Assembly (NCBI GenBank): GCA_019114465.1
Contig: DXFM01000016.1
Coordinates: forward strand, 82-64,081
DNA: 64,000 nt
Direction of reading: 5' to 3'
Source: Candidatus Lachnoclostridium avicola
GTDB taxonomy: Bacteria; Bacillota; Clostridia; Lachnospirales; Lachnospiraceae
Shown here piece by piece: positions 1 through 9,216 of this stretch (positions are counted from its first letter, which is position 1; the number at the start of each line of letters is the position of its first letter). Made by a program: the position numbers and the translations under genes. Under the pieces are notes generated by a model. The model was not told the DNA's origin and ran no database searches. It was given only the letters and a program-made list of their open reading frames with translations.

Positions 1-23
1 TTGTATCTAACGCCAAGGTGCAT

Positions 24-46
24 AAAAAAACTGCCCGTTACGGCAG
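24..46 (-). terminator. Intrinsic terminator in the cobalamin riboswitch expression platform
   Basis: Minus strand CTGCC-GTAACG-GGCAG followed by T7. Confidence 0.7.
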
Positions 47-120
47 ATTGCAAAAACACACCTCTTCGAGGCGGAGGTTCCTACACCTGATCATCGTCCG
101 TAACCATGTGTCATCTCTCG

Positions 121-275
121 GTACAGGGCAGGTCTTCTGACTCAGGCGTCGTCGCCGCATTTCGTCTTCCCGGTTTCCCAGTGACATCAAAAAATACGGC
201 TCTTCCTTCACAGCGGCGGGGACCGTGAAAGCTTCTCACTTTCTTCCCTATTAATCCGGTCGGAACCTCTGTACG
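121..275 (-). ncRNA. Cobalamin (B12) riboswitch; the regulated gene lies beyond the left edge of the window
   Basis: Minus strand AATAGGGAA...CCCGCCGCTGT...GTCACTGGGAAACCGGGAAG...GAGTCAGAAGACCTGCC (B12 box). Confidence 0.93.
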
Positions 276-290
276 TTCAATTCTGGTATC

Positions 291-319
291 ATTGTATCCG
301 GCAGCGTACTCTTTGTCAA
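291..319 (-). promoter_or_regulatory. SigA promoter for the B12 riboswitch leader
   Basis: TTGACA-17 bp-TACAAT. Confidence 0.8.
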
Positions 320-336
320 GGCTAACTTATGGCTGC

Positions 337-383
337 AAAAGGACTCCCCGGAAAATGCCTTGTCGGCAGTTCCGGGGAGCTTT
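337..383 (-). terminator. Terminator downstream of nrdJ
   Basis: CTCCCCGGAA...TTCCGGGGAG inverted repeat flanked by A/T runs. Confidence 0.7.
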
Positions 384-470
384 ATTCAGTCTTGGTATCC
401 GACCTCGCGGTATCTTACTAATTCTATGCAGGCATGGCTGTCTGACTCATTGCCTGCAGAAGCCAAGACA

Positions 471-2807
471 TCAGCGGATCGGGCAGACGCCGTTGGCACA
501 GTCGCTGACACCGATATCCAGCTCTGACTCCTCCTGCTCATATTTGGAGATGAGGGACGGGTTAAAGGGCTTCATGGCATCTTTTCTCTTCAGATATTCC
601 TCCTCGGAAATCGCCTCATAGGGGAGAAGCTCATAGAAGCTGTCGTCATAGCTCAGGAAGGAAAGAGCCACAATGTCATCCCAGTTGATCCATACCCACT
701 CTTCCACATCGTCCCACTCGTCATCACGGACATGGACGGTGATGGAACAGTTGTGATCCACATAATGGGTCATGAACATCTTGTAATTTTCCAGCTGCTC
801 GATGGCGGAGACGTCTGCCTTCACACGCCCCTCCGGCGCCTTCACCGGGAATTCCACCACCTTGGTCCTGCAGGTTTCCTCGTCCTGCCCTACCTCGGGG
901 AACACCGGATACCCCAGCTCCTCACAGACCTTGCAGAGGGGATCTGTGGCAGTGATCCTGACTCTGCGCACATAATACTGGGAATGGGAATAATGGATGC
1001 CGCTGGAGACCGTAGGCAGAAGGGAAAGCGTCCCCTCCGGCTTGACGGTGGTCACCAACAGCGGCTCCTTCTGTCCCAGCTGGCGGGCAATCTTTCCGGC
1101 AGCCTCATGCGCCGTTTCACGCAGCTTGTCCAGAAGGCTGCTCTGCTCCTCCCGGTTCATCCCAGTGGCGTTCACCATATCCTGCCATCCGGTCAGGGAG
1201 CAGCCCAGCAGACGGTCCCTCTGCTGCACATAATCCCACTCATGGATCTCCAGCTCCCTGCAGGTCATCCGATAACCGGCGCGCACGGACAGGCGCTGGG
1301 CTTTCAGCAGCCCCTCCGTATCCAGTACCCCGTCTTTTACGAATGCCATCACATTGACCGTCGTGAGGTTGCACATGCCGTGGCTGTCCAGCAGGATCTC
1401 CCCGCAGGGATTGCAGCCCTTGAAATTGCTGCGCCGTTTCAGCCCTGCTTCCTCGTTGATCCAGCCTGGTTCGCCGGAATAGCGCATCTGCTGCAAATGC
1501 CAGTGAAGCTGTTCCCTGGTGGGTTTCTTCCGGTAGTAGATGGAATTGTTGCTCATCTGGCGGTGCGCAATGCTCTTGTCAATCTCCCAATGACCGTCCA
1601 CCTGGCGGTACAGGCTGCTCTTTGCCTGAATGCACTCCTCGTCGTCCTGATCGATCAGGCATATCTCAGAGGTTCTCCGCACTCCGCCGGACACCACATT
1701 TTCCCCGATGATATTAGCGATATCCAAAAGATCGATGGGGGCAAGCTTCATATATTTCTTTCCGCTCCGCATCCCTGCCGTGGTGATCACCCTGTGGATC
1801 TTGTCCAGCATCGCCATCATGGATTCGTATCCGCTTGCCGTCCCCCCGAATACATGAAGCCGTTCTCCCCTGGGACGGATGCTGTCATATTCCACGATGA
1901 CCGTGCGGATCTTACTGTACTCCCGGTTGGTCAGGAACTGGAAGTAGTGCTCCAGCGCCTGCGCCCAACCCTCCTTGGAATCCCCGATCGCCATGGTGAC
2001 AGTATCGTTGGAAAAATCCAAATTCGTATATTCCAAGCGATCCTGTACCTCTCTAGGCGAATACGCCTTGTGCAGGATCTTCATATCCGTACGGATCTTC
2101 GGCAGCTTCATCGCATCCTCTTTCAGGACACGCACGCCTACGCCGCTTCCGATCATCAAAAGATAGAACAGATCGTGGAAGGCATGGTAGCTGTCTATCA
2201 CCTCAAAGGCACAGTTGTAGTTTGCCATGGGGTAGGCATCCGCCACCTTGGTATTGCCCACCCAAAGCGTCCTGCCTGAGAGGAACTGACGCAGATTGTA
2301 GATATTGTCGTAGAGCTGTTCCGCTTCCTCCCTGGAGGTCGGTGCCAGGGAACAGTTATACTCCACAGCTCTGCGAACCGTCTCCCACCAGAATTCCCGT
2401 CTCCCGTACTGGGGCAAATACCTGGAATAAGTACGGGAATATACGAAAGCGCCCAGCTGCTCCATGGGGTTTGGCGTGTGCTTGTAGCTGCTTAGGAATT
2501 CCCGGCTCAAAAGGCGGTACTTTCCTTCTTCCCTGTGCTGCTCCTTCTCTTTCCGATACAGGATATATGCCTTTGCCGTACGGAAACGCTGCTGTTCGAA
2601 CAGGCACTCCTCCACCATATCTTGGATCGTCTCAATCCCGATGATCTCTTCCCGGCGTTCTTTCAGCTTCTGTTCGATCACATCACTGATCTTTTCTTCC
2701 ATCTCCTCATCCTGCTCACCTACGGCTGCCGCCGCCAGGCTGATGGCACGCCTGATATATTTCTTGTCAAATGAAACAATGGAACCATTTCTCTTTTTAA
2801 CCTTCAT
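471..2807 (-). CDS. nrdJ: Adenosylcobalamin-dependent (class II) ribonucleoside-triphosphate reductase with N-terminal ATP cone
   Basis: VKKRNG ATP-cone start after GGAGG; NPCGEI, TVKPEGT; C-terminal CANGVCPIR cysteine pair; no small subunit nearby. Confidence 0.9.
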   Translation of the reverse strand: MKVKKRNGSIVSFDKKYIRRAISLAAAAVGEQDEEMEEKISDVIEQKLKERREEIIGIETIQDMVEECLFEQQRFRTAKAYILYRKEKEQHREEGKYRLLSREFLSSYKHTPNPMEQLGAFVYSRTYSRYLPQYGRREFWWETVRRAVEYNCSLAPTSREEAEQLYDNIYNLRQFLSGRTLWVGNTKVADAYPMANYNCAFEVIDSYHAFHDLFYLLMIGSGVGVRVLKEDAMKLPKIRTDMKILHKAYSPREVQDRLEYTNLDFSNDTVTMAIGDSKEGWAQALEHYFQFLTNREYSKIRTVIVEYDSIRPRGERLHVFGGTASGYESMMAMLDKIHRVITTAGMRSGKKYMKLAPIDLLDIANIIGENVVSGGVRRTSEICLIDQDDEECIQAKSSLYRQVDGHWEIDKSIAHRQMSNNSIYYRKKPTREQLHWHLQQMRYSGEPGWINEEAGLKRRSNFKGCNPCGEILLDSHGMCNLTTVNVMAFVKDGVLDTEGLLKAQRLSVRAGYRMTCRELEIHEWDYVQQRDRLLGCSLTGWQDMVNATGMNREEQSSLLDKLRETAHEAAGKIARQLGQKEPLLVTTVKPEGTLSLLPTVSSGIHYSHSQYYVRRVRITATDPLCKVCEELGYPVFPEVGQDEETCRTKVVEFPVKAPEGRVKADVSAIEQLENYKMFMTHYVDHNCSITVHVRDDEWDDVEEWVWINWDDIVALSFLSYDDSFYELLPYEAISEEEYLKRKDAMKPFNPSLISKYEQEESELDIGVSDCANGVCPIR

Positions 2808-2848
2808 TTGTTTTCCTCCAATTCTTTCAAAAAGCCCATGAGGAAAGT

Positions 2849-2864
2849 ATACCATATCTCGTTT
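2849..2864. promoter_or_regulatory. Candidate NrdR box overlapping the extended -10 (TGGTATACT) of nrdJ
   Basis: AAACGAGATATGGTAT fits the core C-A-AT-T-G of acaCwAtATaTwGtgt; only one box seen. Confidence 0.45.
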
Positions 2865-2950
2865 CTTTTTTCGACCCCCGACTTTTTGCCAAAATTCCCG
2901 GAAACGCAATTGGGAGCCGCCCCTTACGTTTCAATTTCCCCTAAAACTGC

Positions 2951-2996
2951 AAAAAGCCCTTGAACCCCCCATAAAATGAGCGTTTTCAAGGGCTTT
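2951..2996 (-). terminator. rpsB-tsf terminator
   Basis: AAAGCCCTTGAA...TTCAAGGGCTTTTT. Confidence 0.8.
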
Positions 2997-3018
2997 CGCC
3001 ACCTCTTAACTTAGGAAA

Positions 3019-3957
3019 TTACATTCCCATCTGTTTTGCAACTTCCTCAGCAAAGTTCTCTTCTTTCTTTTCAAGACCTTCGCCAGTCTCATAACGTACA
3101 AATCCTTTGATCTCGATGTTGGCACCGTTTGCCTTGGCAACTTCTGCCACATACTGACCTACAGACTGCTTTCCATCTTCTGCTTTTACATATACCTGAT
3201 CCATCAAGCAGATCTCTTTGAGCTCTTTGTTGATACGTCCGCTGATCATACCCTGGATTACCTTTTCCGGTTTCTGGGACTCTTTCGGGTCGTTCATGAT
3301 CTGAGCCAGGAGGATTTCCTTCTCGTGTGCAATATAGTCCTCGCTCACTTCGCTTCTGTTGGTGTAGAGCGGTTTCAGAGCTGCTACCTGCATTGCTACG
3401 TTTTTAGCCATTTCTTTTACGGCATCGTTTACCACGTCAGTTGCTACGTCAACGAGAACACCGATCTTTCCGCCCATATGCGTGTAGGAAGCAACGAACC
3501 CGTTGTTCTCCTCTACCTGAACGAACCTTCTGATGTTCATATTTTCGCCGATGACAGCAATCTGAGCCGCCAGAGCTTCCTTAACGGTCTTGGTGGTGTC
3601 GAATTTCCACGGCTCAGCAAGGAATGCCTCAATATCTGCTGCCTTGGTCTCCATAGCCTGCTCTGCCACCTGCGCAACATAGCCCTGGAATACCTCGTTC
3701 TTTGCAACGAAGTCGGTCTCTGCATTTACTTCCACTGCAACAGCCTTCTTGCCATCCTCAGATACGACTACCTTTGCAAGACCTTCTGCTGCGATTCTGC
3801 TTGCTTTCTTCTGAGCAGTAGCCAGACCTTTCTCTCTCAGGAATTCAACTGCCTTGTCCATATCTCCTTCGGTTGCGGTAAGAGCTTTCTTGCAGTCCAT
3901 CATTCCAGCGCCTGTCATCTCTCTCAGTTCTTTTACCATTGCTGCTGTAATAGCCAT
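3019..3957 (-). CDS. tsf: Elongation factor Ts
   Basis: VKELREMTGAGMMDCKKAL, ETDFVAKN; follows rpsB. Confidence 0.98.
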   Translation of the reverse strand: MAITAAMVKELREMTGAGMMDCKKALTATEGDMDKAVEFLREKGLATAQKKASRIAAEGLAKVVVSEDGKKAVAVEVNAETDFVAKNEVFQGYVAQVAEQAMETKAADIEAFLAEPWKFDTTKTVKEALAAQIAVIGENMNIRRFVQVEENNGFVASYTHMGGKIGVLVDVATDVVNDAVKEMAKNVAMQVAALKPLYTNRSEVSEDYIAHEKEILLAQIMNDPKESQKPEKVIQGMISGRINKELKEICLMDQVYVKAEDGKQSVGQYVAEVAKANGANIEIKGFVRYETGEGLEKKEENFAEEVAKQMGM

Positions 3958-3983
3958 CTCAAAATTCCTCCGTTCAGAAATAA

Positions 3984-4727
3984 TTATTCTTCCACTGATG
4001 CTTCTTCTTCGGTAACGGTTTCTTCCTCGTATACTTCTTCCTCAGCGCCCTGGTTTGCCTCGATTACGGCATCTGCCATCTTGGAAACGATCAGTTTTAC
4101 CGCACGGATTGCATCGTCATTGCCCGGGATCACATAATCCAGCTCTTCCGGATCGCAGTTGGTATCAGCAATACCGATCAGCGGGATTCCCAGAGTATGA
4201 GCTTCCTGTACGCAGATTCTCTCCTTCTTCGGATCTACCACGAAGATCGCATCGGGAAGTCTCTTCATGTTCTTGATTCCGCCCAGGTTCTTCTCCAGCT
4301 TCTCCCACTCTTTCTTCAGTGCGATTACTTCCTTCTTGGGCAGTACGTCAAAAGTTCCATCCTCAGACATGGTCTCGATCTCTTTCAGTCTGGCAATTCT
4401 GGACTGGATGGTCTTGAAGTTGGTGAGCATTCCGCCCAGCCATCTCTCATTTACATAGAACATACCGCAGCGCTCTGCCTCTGTCTTGATGGCATCCTGA
4501 GCCTGCTTCTTGGTTCCTACAAACAGAATGGTGCCGCCGTCAGCAGCGATGTCGGAGATTGCCTTGTAAGCCTCGTCCACCTTCACCACAGACTTCTGTA
4601 AGTCAATGATGTAGATGCCGTTTCTCTCCGTGTAAATGTAGGGAGCCATCTTGGGGTTCCATCTTCTTGTCTGGTGGCCAAAGTGCACACCTGCTTCCAA
4701 AAGCTGCTTCATAGAAATTACGCTCAT
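3984..4727 (-). CDS. rpsB: 30S ribosomal protein S2
   Basis: [22 protein letters not shown]. Confidence 0.99.
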   Translation of the reverse strand: MSVISMKQLLEAGVHFGHQTRRWNPKMAPYIYTERNGIYIIDLQKSVVKVDEAYKAISDIAADGGTILFVGTKKQAQDAIKTEAERCGMFYVNERWLGGMLTNFKTIQSRIARLKEIETMSEDGTFDVLPKKEVIALKKEWEKLEKNLGGIKNMKRLPDAIFVVDPKKERICVQEAHTLGIPLIGIADTNCDPEELDYVIPGNDDAIRAVKLIVSKMADAVIEANQGAEEEVYEEETVTEEEASVEE

Positions 4728-4729
4728 GT

Positions 4730-4830
4730 TTCTACCTCCATTTGGTTGTTCTTCCGTCTGCTTCTCATGCTTCCGAAAAGACCCGGCACACCGGGCACCG
4801 TTTTCTGGAATCTGCAGACGTGTATTTTAT
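4730..4830 (-). promoter_or_regulatory. Structured rpsB 5' leader (S2 autoregulation type)
   Basis: CGTCTGC...GCAGACG outer helix enclosing GGTGC and GCATG motifs, between promoter and RBS. Confidence 0.6.
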
Positions 4831-4840
4831 CAGCCTTTCT

Positions 4841-4869
4841 ACTATATCACAGGTATTTCTGCTTCGCAA
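4841..4869 (-). promoter_or_regulatory. SigA promoter of rpsB-tsf
   Basis: TTGCGA-17 bp-TATAGT with TG extension. Confidence 0.7.
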
Positions 4870-4951
4870 GAGGTTTTTCGCAGAATTTGCCGATTTTTCC
4901 ATAAAACGATCGGATAGGGAAAGTCCCTTCCCCTATCCGATTCGCGGTACC

Positions 4952-5034
4952 GCGGAAAGCTCACAGCAGAGCTGTTCGCTGTCCGCTGCCCGGCAAATGT
5001 CCGCCCATGCAAGCATGGCGGCCGCTTGCCGGGC
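4952..5034. repeat. Dispersed double-hairpin (REP/MITE-like) repeat, copy 1
   Basis: AGCTCACAGCAGAGCTGTTCGCTGTCCG plus a CCGGCA...TGCCGGG hairpin; second copy at 53094-53184. Confidence 0.65.
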
Positions 5035-5121
5035 GTATCGCGCAAAAAACAGGACGCCTGTTCAGGTATCCTGTTTTCCATCGGAATCTGTTTTATTGTC
5101 AGACGGCATCCGGGATTCTCT

Positions 5122-5904
5122 TCATTTGCCGCCGGAAGCCTTGATCTTTTTCAGCTCGTCAAATACCACATCGTTCAGAACTTTGATGTAGGTTCCCTTC
5201 ATGCCGGAAGAACGGGATTCAATGACGCCTGCACTTTCAAATTTGCGGAGAGCATTGACGATCACCGAACGGGTGATTCCCACCCGGTCCGCAATCTTGC
5301 TGGCTACCAGAATGCCCTCGTTGCCGTCCAGTTCATCGAAAATATGGGTGATGGCTTCCAGCTCTGAGAAGGAAAGGGTGCTGATGGCAGATTTTACAAT
5401 CTGGATCTTTCTCGTCTCCTCCGCATTCTCCTCGTTGACGGAGCGCATCATCTCCAGGCCCACAACGGTGGTGCCGTACTCGCTGAGAATAATATCGTCA
5501 ATATCGTACTGGGAATCAGATTTGTAAATAAACAGGGTTCCCAGCCTCTCCCCGGCGATGTCAATGGGGGTGATGATCGCCTGATAGTTCTTTACCTTTT
5601 CCTCTGTAAAGCCCAGGGTCACCAGATTTACATTTTCCTTCGTAGAGAGAATGCTCAGGAGGCGCTCATTCAGCATGGGATCTACAAAACCGCCGACCTG
5701 GTCTACGATCAGCTCCTGAATCTCGTCCACGCCCTCCCACACGCTGACTCCAAGTACCTTTCCTTTTTTGCTGATGACCAGGATATTGGACAAAAGGATC
5801 TCACTCAATACTTTACAGATGTCATTAAACACAAATTTATGGGAATTATTGTTGTGAAGAAGTTTGTTAATTTTCCTAGTTTTGTCTAACAACTGTACAC
5901 CCAT
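5122..5904 (-). CDS. codY: GTP/BCAA-sensing transcriptional repressor CodY
   Basis: GAF domain plus ASKIADRVGITRSVIVNALRKFESAGVIESRS HTH. Confidence 0.98.
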   Translation of the reverse strand: MGVQLLDKTRKINKLLHNNNSHKFVFNDICKVLSEILLSNILVISKKGKVLGVSVWEGVDEIQELIVDQVGGFVDPMLNERLLSILSTKENVNLVTLGFTEEKVKNYQAIITPIDIAGERLGTLFIYKSDSQYDIDDIILSEYGTTVVGLEMMRSVNEENAEETRKIQIVKSAISTLSFSELEAITHIFDELDGNEGILVASKIADRVGITRSVIVNALRKFESAGVIESRSSGMKGTYIKVLNDVVFDELKKIKASGGK

Positions 5905-5960
5905 TTATGAAACCTCCTTGCTTTTTCGCTAAAACCGATCAATAAAATAACCTATTTACA

Positions 5961-6010
5961 GCATATCACGGATTTAGTCGAATAACAAGTGTTTTTTCTG
6001 AATTTTTCAA
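5961..6010 (-). promoter_or_regulatory. codY promoter with candidate CodY-box-like sites
   Basis: TTGTTA-17 bp-TATGCT (TG extended); AAAATTCAGAAAAAA resembles AATTTTCWGAAAATT. Confidence 0.5.
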
Positions 6011-6031
6011 TTATTTTAACAATTCTTCTCA

Positions 6032-8107
6032 CTATTTTTCTTTCGGCATGCTGTGACCGCAGTGTTCGTTGGAGCACAGCAGCTTATTTCCCTTTTCCAC
6101 CATGTAGTGGCCGCATTCTGGACATTTGATCTCCGTGGGCTTCTGCCAGGACATAAATTCGCACTCCGGATTGTTGATGCAGCCGTAATACTTTCTGCCC
6201 TTTTTCGTCTTCTTGATTACCACGTCTCCGCCGCAGAGGGGGCATTTCACACCGATTTTTTCAAAATACGGCTTTGTGTTCTTGCACTCCGGAAAGCCGG
6301 GGCAGGCCAGGAACTTGCCGTGGGGACCATACTTAATCACCATATGGCGGCCGCAGAGCTCGCACACCTCATCGGTCACTTCATCGGAGATGGTCACGGT
6401 CTCCAGCTCGCTCTCCGCCTTCTTCACCGCATCCATCAAATCCGGATAAAAATTCCTCACCACGGACTTCCAGGGAAGCTCCCCGTCTCCCACTTTATCC
6501 AGAAGATATTCCAGATTCGCGGTGAACGTGGGGTCCACAATGCTGGGGAAGCACTGCTTCATGATCCGGTTTACGATTTCTCCCAGCTCCGTCACGTACA
6601 GATTTTTATTCTCCTTCGCCACATACCTTCTGGCAATGATGGTAGTGATCGTGGGGGCATAGGTACTGGGACGGCCGATTCCCTGCTCCTCCAGTGCCTT
6701 TACCAGGGACGCCTCCGTGTAGTGGGCCGGGGGCTGGGTAAAGTGCTGTCCGTACTCCAGTTCCTTTAAGGGAAGGATATCGCCCTCCTTCAGACTGTTC
6801 AGGAGCACATTGTTCTCTTCCTTGTCGTCCTCCTCCACGTACACGGACATAAAACCGTCAAAAGCCAGCTTAGACGCCGTGAGAGTGAACACATAGTCTG
6901 CCGCCTTGATCTTCACGGAGGTGGTCTCATACACCGCCGGCTTCATCCGGCTGGCGGTAAACCGCTTCCAGATCAGCTGATAGAGACGGAAGAGATCCCT
7001 GGAGAGGGAATCCTTCACCATGGCGGGGGTGAGAGTGATATCCGTGGGACGGATCGCCTCGTGGGCATCCTGAATCTTGCCGGAGGTCTTTCTCGCCTTC
7101 TCCGCGCCGGCCACATACTGGCTTCCATAGTGCTCGCCGATAAAGCTCTTTGCCGCCACATCGGCCTCCTCCGCCACACGGGTGGAATCCGTACGCAGGT
7201 AGGTGATCAGACCGACGGTACCGCGGCCCTTGACGTCAATTCCCTCATACAGCTGCTGAGCCAGACGCATCGTCTTCTGCGTGGAAAAATTCAGATTTTT
7301 GGAGGCCTCCTGCTGCAGCGTACTGGTGGTAAAGGGAATGGGGGCTTTTTTCACCCGCTCCCCTGTCTTCACGTCTTCCACCTGATACTGGGCGCCCTCC
7401 AGCTTCTTTAAAATATCGTTTAACTCCTCCTGATTGCGGATCGTGACCTTCTCTGTTCCCGTTCCGTAAAATCTGGCAGTGAGAGGCGTCTTCTTCCCCT
7501 CGCACTTCAACTTTGCGTCCAGAGTCCAGTATTCCTCGGGAATAAACGCGTTGATCTCGTCTTCCCGGTCGCAGATCATCCTCAGGGCCACCGACTGGAC
7601 GCGGCCGGCACTCAATCCCCTCTTCACCTTCTCCCAGAGCAGGGGACTGATGCTGTATCCCACCATCCGGTCCAGCACTCTTCTGGCCTGCTGGGCGTCC
7701 ACCAGATTCATATCGATCTGACGGGGAGACTTCAGAGAAGCCTTCACCGCATTCTTTGTGATCTCATTAAAGCTGATCCGGTACACCTTCTTGTCCTTCA
7801 GTTCGTCCAGCTTCAGCGCCTTCATCAGGTGCCAGGAGATGGCCTCTCCCTCCCGGTCCGGGTCCGTAGCCAGATAAATCCGGTCCGCCTTCTTCACTTC
7901 CTTGCGCAGCTTCGCAAGAATGTCTCCTTTTCCGCGGATCGTAATGTATTTCGGCTCGTAATCGTTATTTACATCAAATCCCAGCTGGCTTTTGGGCATA
8001 TCCCTCACATGTCCGTTGGATGCGTCCACCACATAGTTGGCGCCCAGAAACTTCTTGATCGTCTTCACCTTTGCCGGAGATTCCACAATCACTAAATTAT
8101 TTGCCAT
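6032..8107 (-). CDS. topA: DNA topoisomerase I
   Basis: LVIVESPAK, ATDPDREGE, ITYLRTDS, C-terminal zinc ribbons; ATG after GGTGAGG. Confidence 0.98.
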   Translation of the reverse strand: MANNLVIVESPAKVKTIKKFLGANYVVDASNGHVRDMPKSQLGFDVNNDYEPKYITIRGKGDILAKLRKEVKKADRIYLATDPDREGEAISWHLMKALKLDELKDKKVYRISFNEITKNAVKASLKSPRQIDMNLVDAQQARRVLDRMVGYSISPLLWEKVKRGLSAGRVQSVALRMICDREDEINAFIPEEYWTLDAKLKCEGKKTPLTARFYGTGTEKVTIRNQEELNDILKKLEGAQYQVEDVKTGERVKKAPIPFTTSTLQQEASKNLNFSTQKTMRLAQQLYEGIDVKGRGTVGLITYLRTDSTRVAEEADVAAKSFIGEHYGSQYVAGAEKARKTSGKIQDAHEAIRPTDITLTPAMVKDSLSRDLFRLYQLIWKRFTASRMKPAVYETTSVKIKAADYVFTLTASKLAFDGFMSVYVEEDDKEENNVLLNSLKEGDILPLKELEYGQHFTQPPAHYTEASLVKALEEQGIGRPSTYAPTITTIIARRYVAKENKNLYVTELGEIVNRIMKQCFPSIVDPTFTANLEYLLDKVGDGELPWKSVVRNFYPDLMDAVKKAESELETVTISDEVTDEVCELCGRHMVIKYGPHGKFLACPGFPECKNTKPYFEKIGVKCPLCGGDVVIKKTKKGRKYYGCINNPECEFMSWQKPTEIKCPECGHYMVEKGNKLLCSNEHCGHSMPKEK

Positions 8108-8118
8108 GTCAACCTCAC

Positions 8119-9216
8119 CTATAGCTTTTTTCCATAATACTGGCCGGCAGTCCGGACTGCATATCCCTTCCATTCCAGTTCCAGGAGAATGCCCATGCAC
8201 TCCCCCACGGAAAGCCCGGACAGCCTCACAATCTCATCCAGAAATTTTGGCTGTAAATCGAGGCAACTATACACCATTTTTTCTTTCTTTGCAAGTCCCT
8301 TTCCATTTTTTTCCTGAAGTACCGGAATTTTCTCAGCATTTATCTGAAGAATTTCCAGCACGTCCTCAGGGGTATCCGTCAGCTGGGCTCCACTTTTGAT
8401 CAGGTGATTGCAGCCGGCGCTTAACGGATCGGTCCTCCTGCCGGGAACCGCAAAAACTTCCCTCCCCTGATCCAGGGCAAGGGCTGCCGTGATCAGGGAT
8501 CCGCTTTTTTCCCGGGCCTCCACTACCACCACAGCGTCGGCCATCCCGCTGATGATCCTGTTTCTCATGGGAAAATTTCCGGGGGCAGGGCTGTCCTCCG
8601 GTCCGAACTCCGAGATCAGACATCCCGCCTCCCCGATTCTTCTGTACAGTTCCCGGTTTTCCCGGGGATAGCACACCGACACGCCGTTTCCCAGAACCGC
8701 AGCCGTAAGGCCGCCCCCGGTCAGAGCCCCCCGGTGGGCCGCGCTGTCCGTCCCCCGGGCCAGCCCGCTCACCACCCAGACGCCGGATTTCGACAATTCC
8801 CGCCCATACCACTCCGCCATGGCTCTGCCGTACTCCGTGTAATCCCTTGCCCCCACCACAGCCGCAGCAGGAGCTCCCGGATCCGGCAGTCTTCCCTTTA
8901 CCCACAATCCCATGGGGTAATCATAGATCTCTCTCAGCTTACGTGGATAAACACGGTCAAACGGGGTAATAAACTGTATTCCCGCCGCGGAAAAACTATG
9001 ATACTGCTCCAGCAGCTTTTCCTGGTCTTTTCGGGTCTCTCCGATCCGTCTCATCACCCGCCGCAGGGCGGGAAGGTTCGCCTCCTGCTCTGTTTCTTCT
9101 ATATAATATATCGCCTCAAAGCTTTTCAGCTCCTCCCAGAGTCTGCGGATGGTCACAGCGCCCAGCCCCTTTGTGCGGCAGAGCAGATATAAATATTCCC
9201 GTTCTCTCTCAGTCAA
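8119..9216 (-). CDS. dprA: DNA-processing protein DprA (Smf)
   Basis: VVSGLARGTDSAAH, FPMRNRIISG, SGSLITA; probable TTG start after GGAGGT. Confidence 0.95.
   Translation of the reverse strand: MTEREREYLYLLCRTKGLGAVTIRRLWEELKSFEAIYYIEETEQEANLPALRRVMRRIGETRKDQEKLLEQYHSFSAAGIQFITPFDRVYPRKLREIYDYPMGLWVKGRLPDPGAPAAAVVGARDYTEYGRAMAEWYGRELSKSGVWVVSGLARGTDSAAHRGALTGGGLTAAVLGNGVSVCYPRENRELYRRIGEAGCLISEFGPEDSPAPGNFPMRNRIISGMADAVVVVEAREKSGSLITAALALDQGREVFAVPGRRTDPLSAGCNHLIKSGAQLTDTPEDVLEILQINAEKIPVLQEKNGKGLAKKEKMVYSCLDLQPKFLDEIVRLSGLSVGECMGILLELEWKGYAVRTAGQYYGKKL
8266..8294 (-). promoter_or_regulatory. SigA promoter for topA embedded in the dprA 3' coding region
   Basis: TTGCAA-17 bp-TATAGT in an AT-rich patch of a GC-rich gene. 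Confidence 0.65.

Noticed and set aside
732-2279. 515-aa plus-strand ORF
   Set aside because: Antisense shadow of nrdJ; no RBS or motifs; expected from GC-rich codon bias
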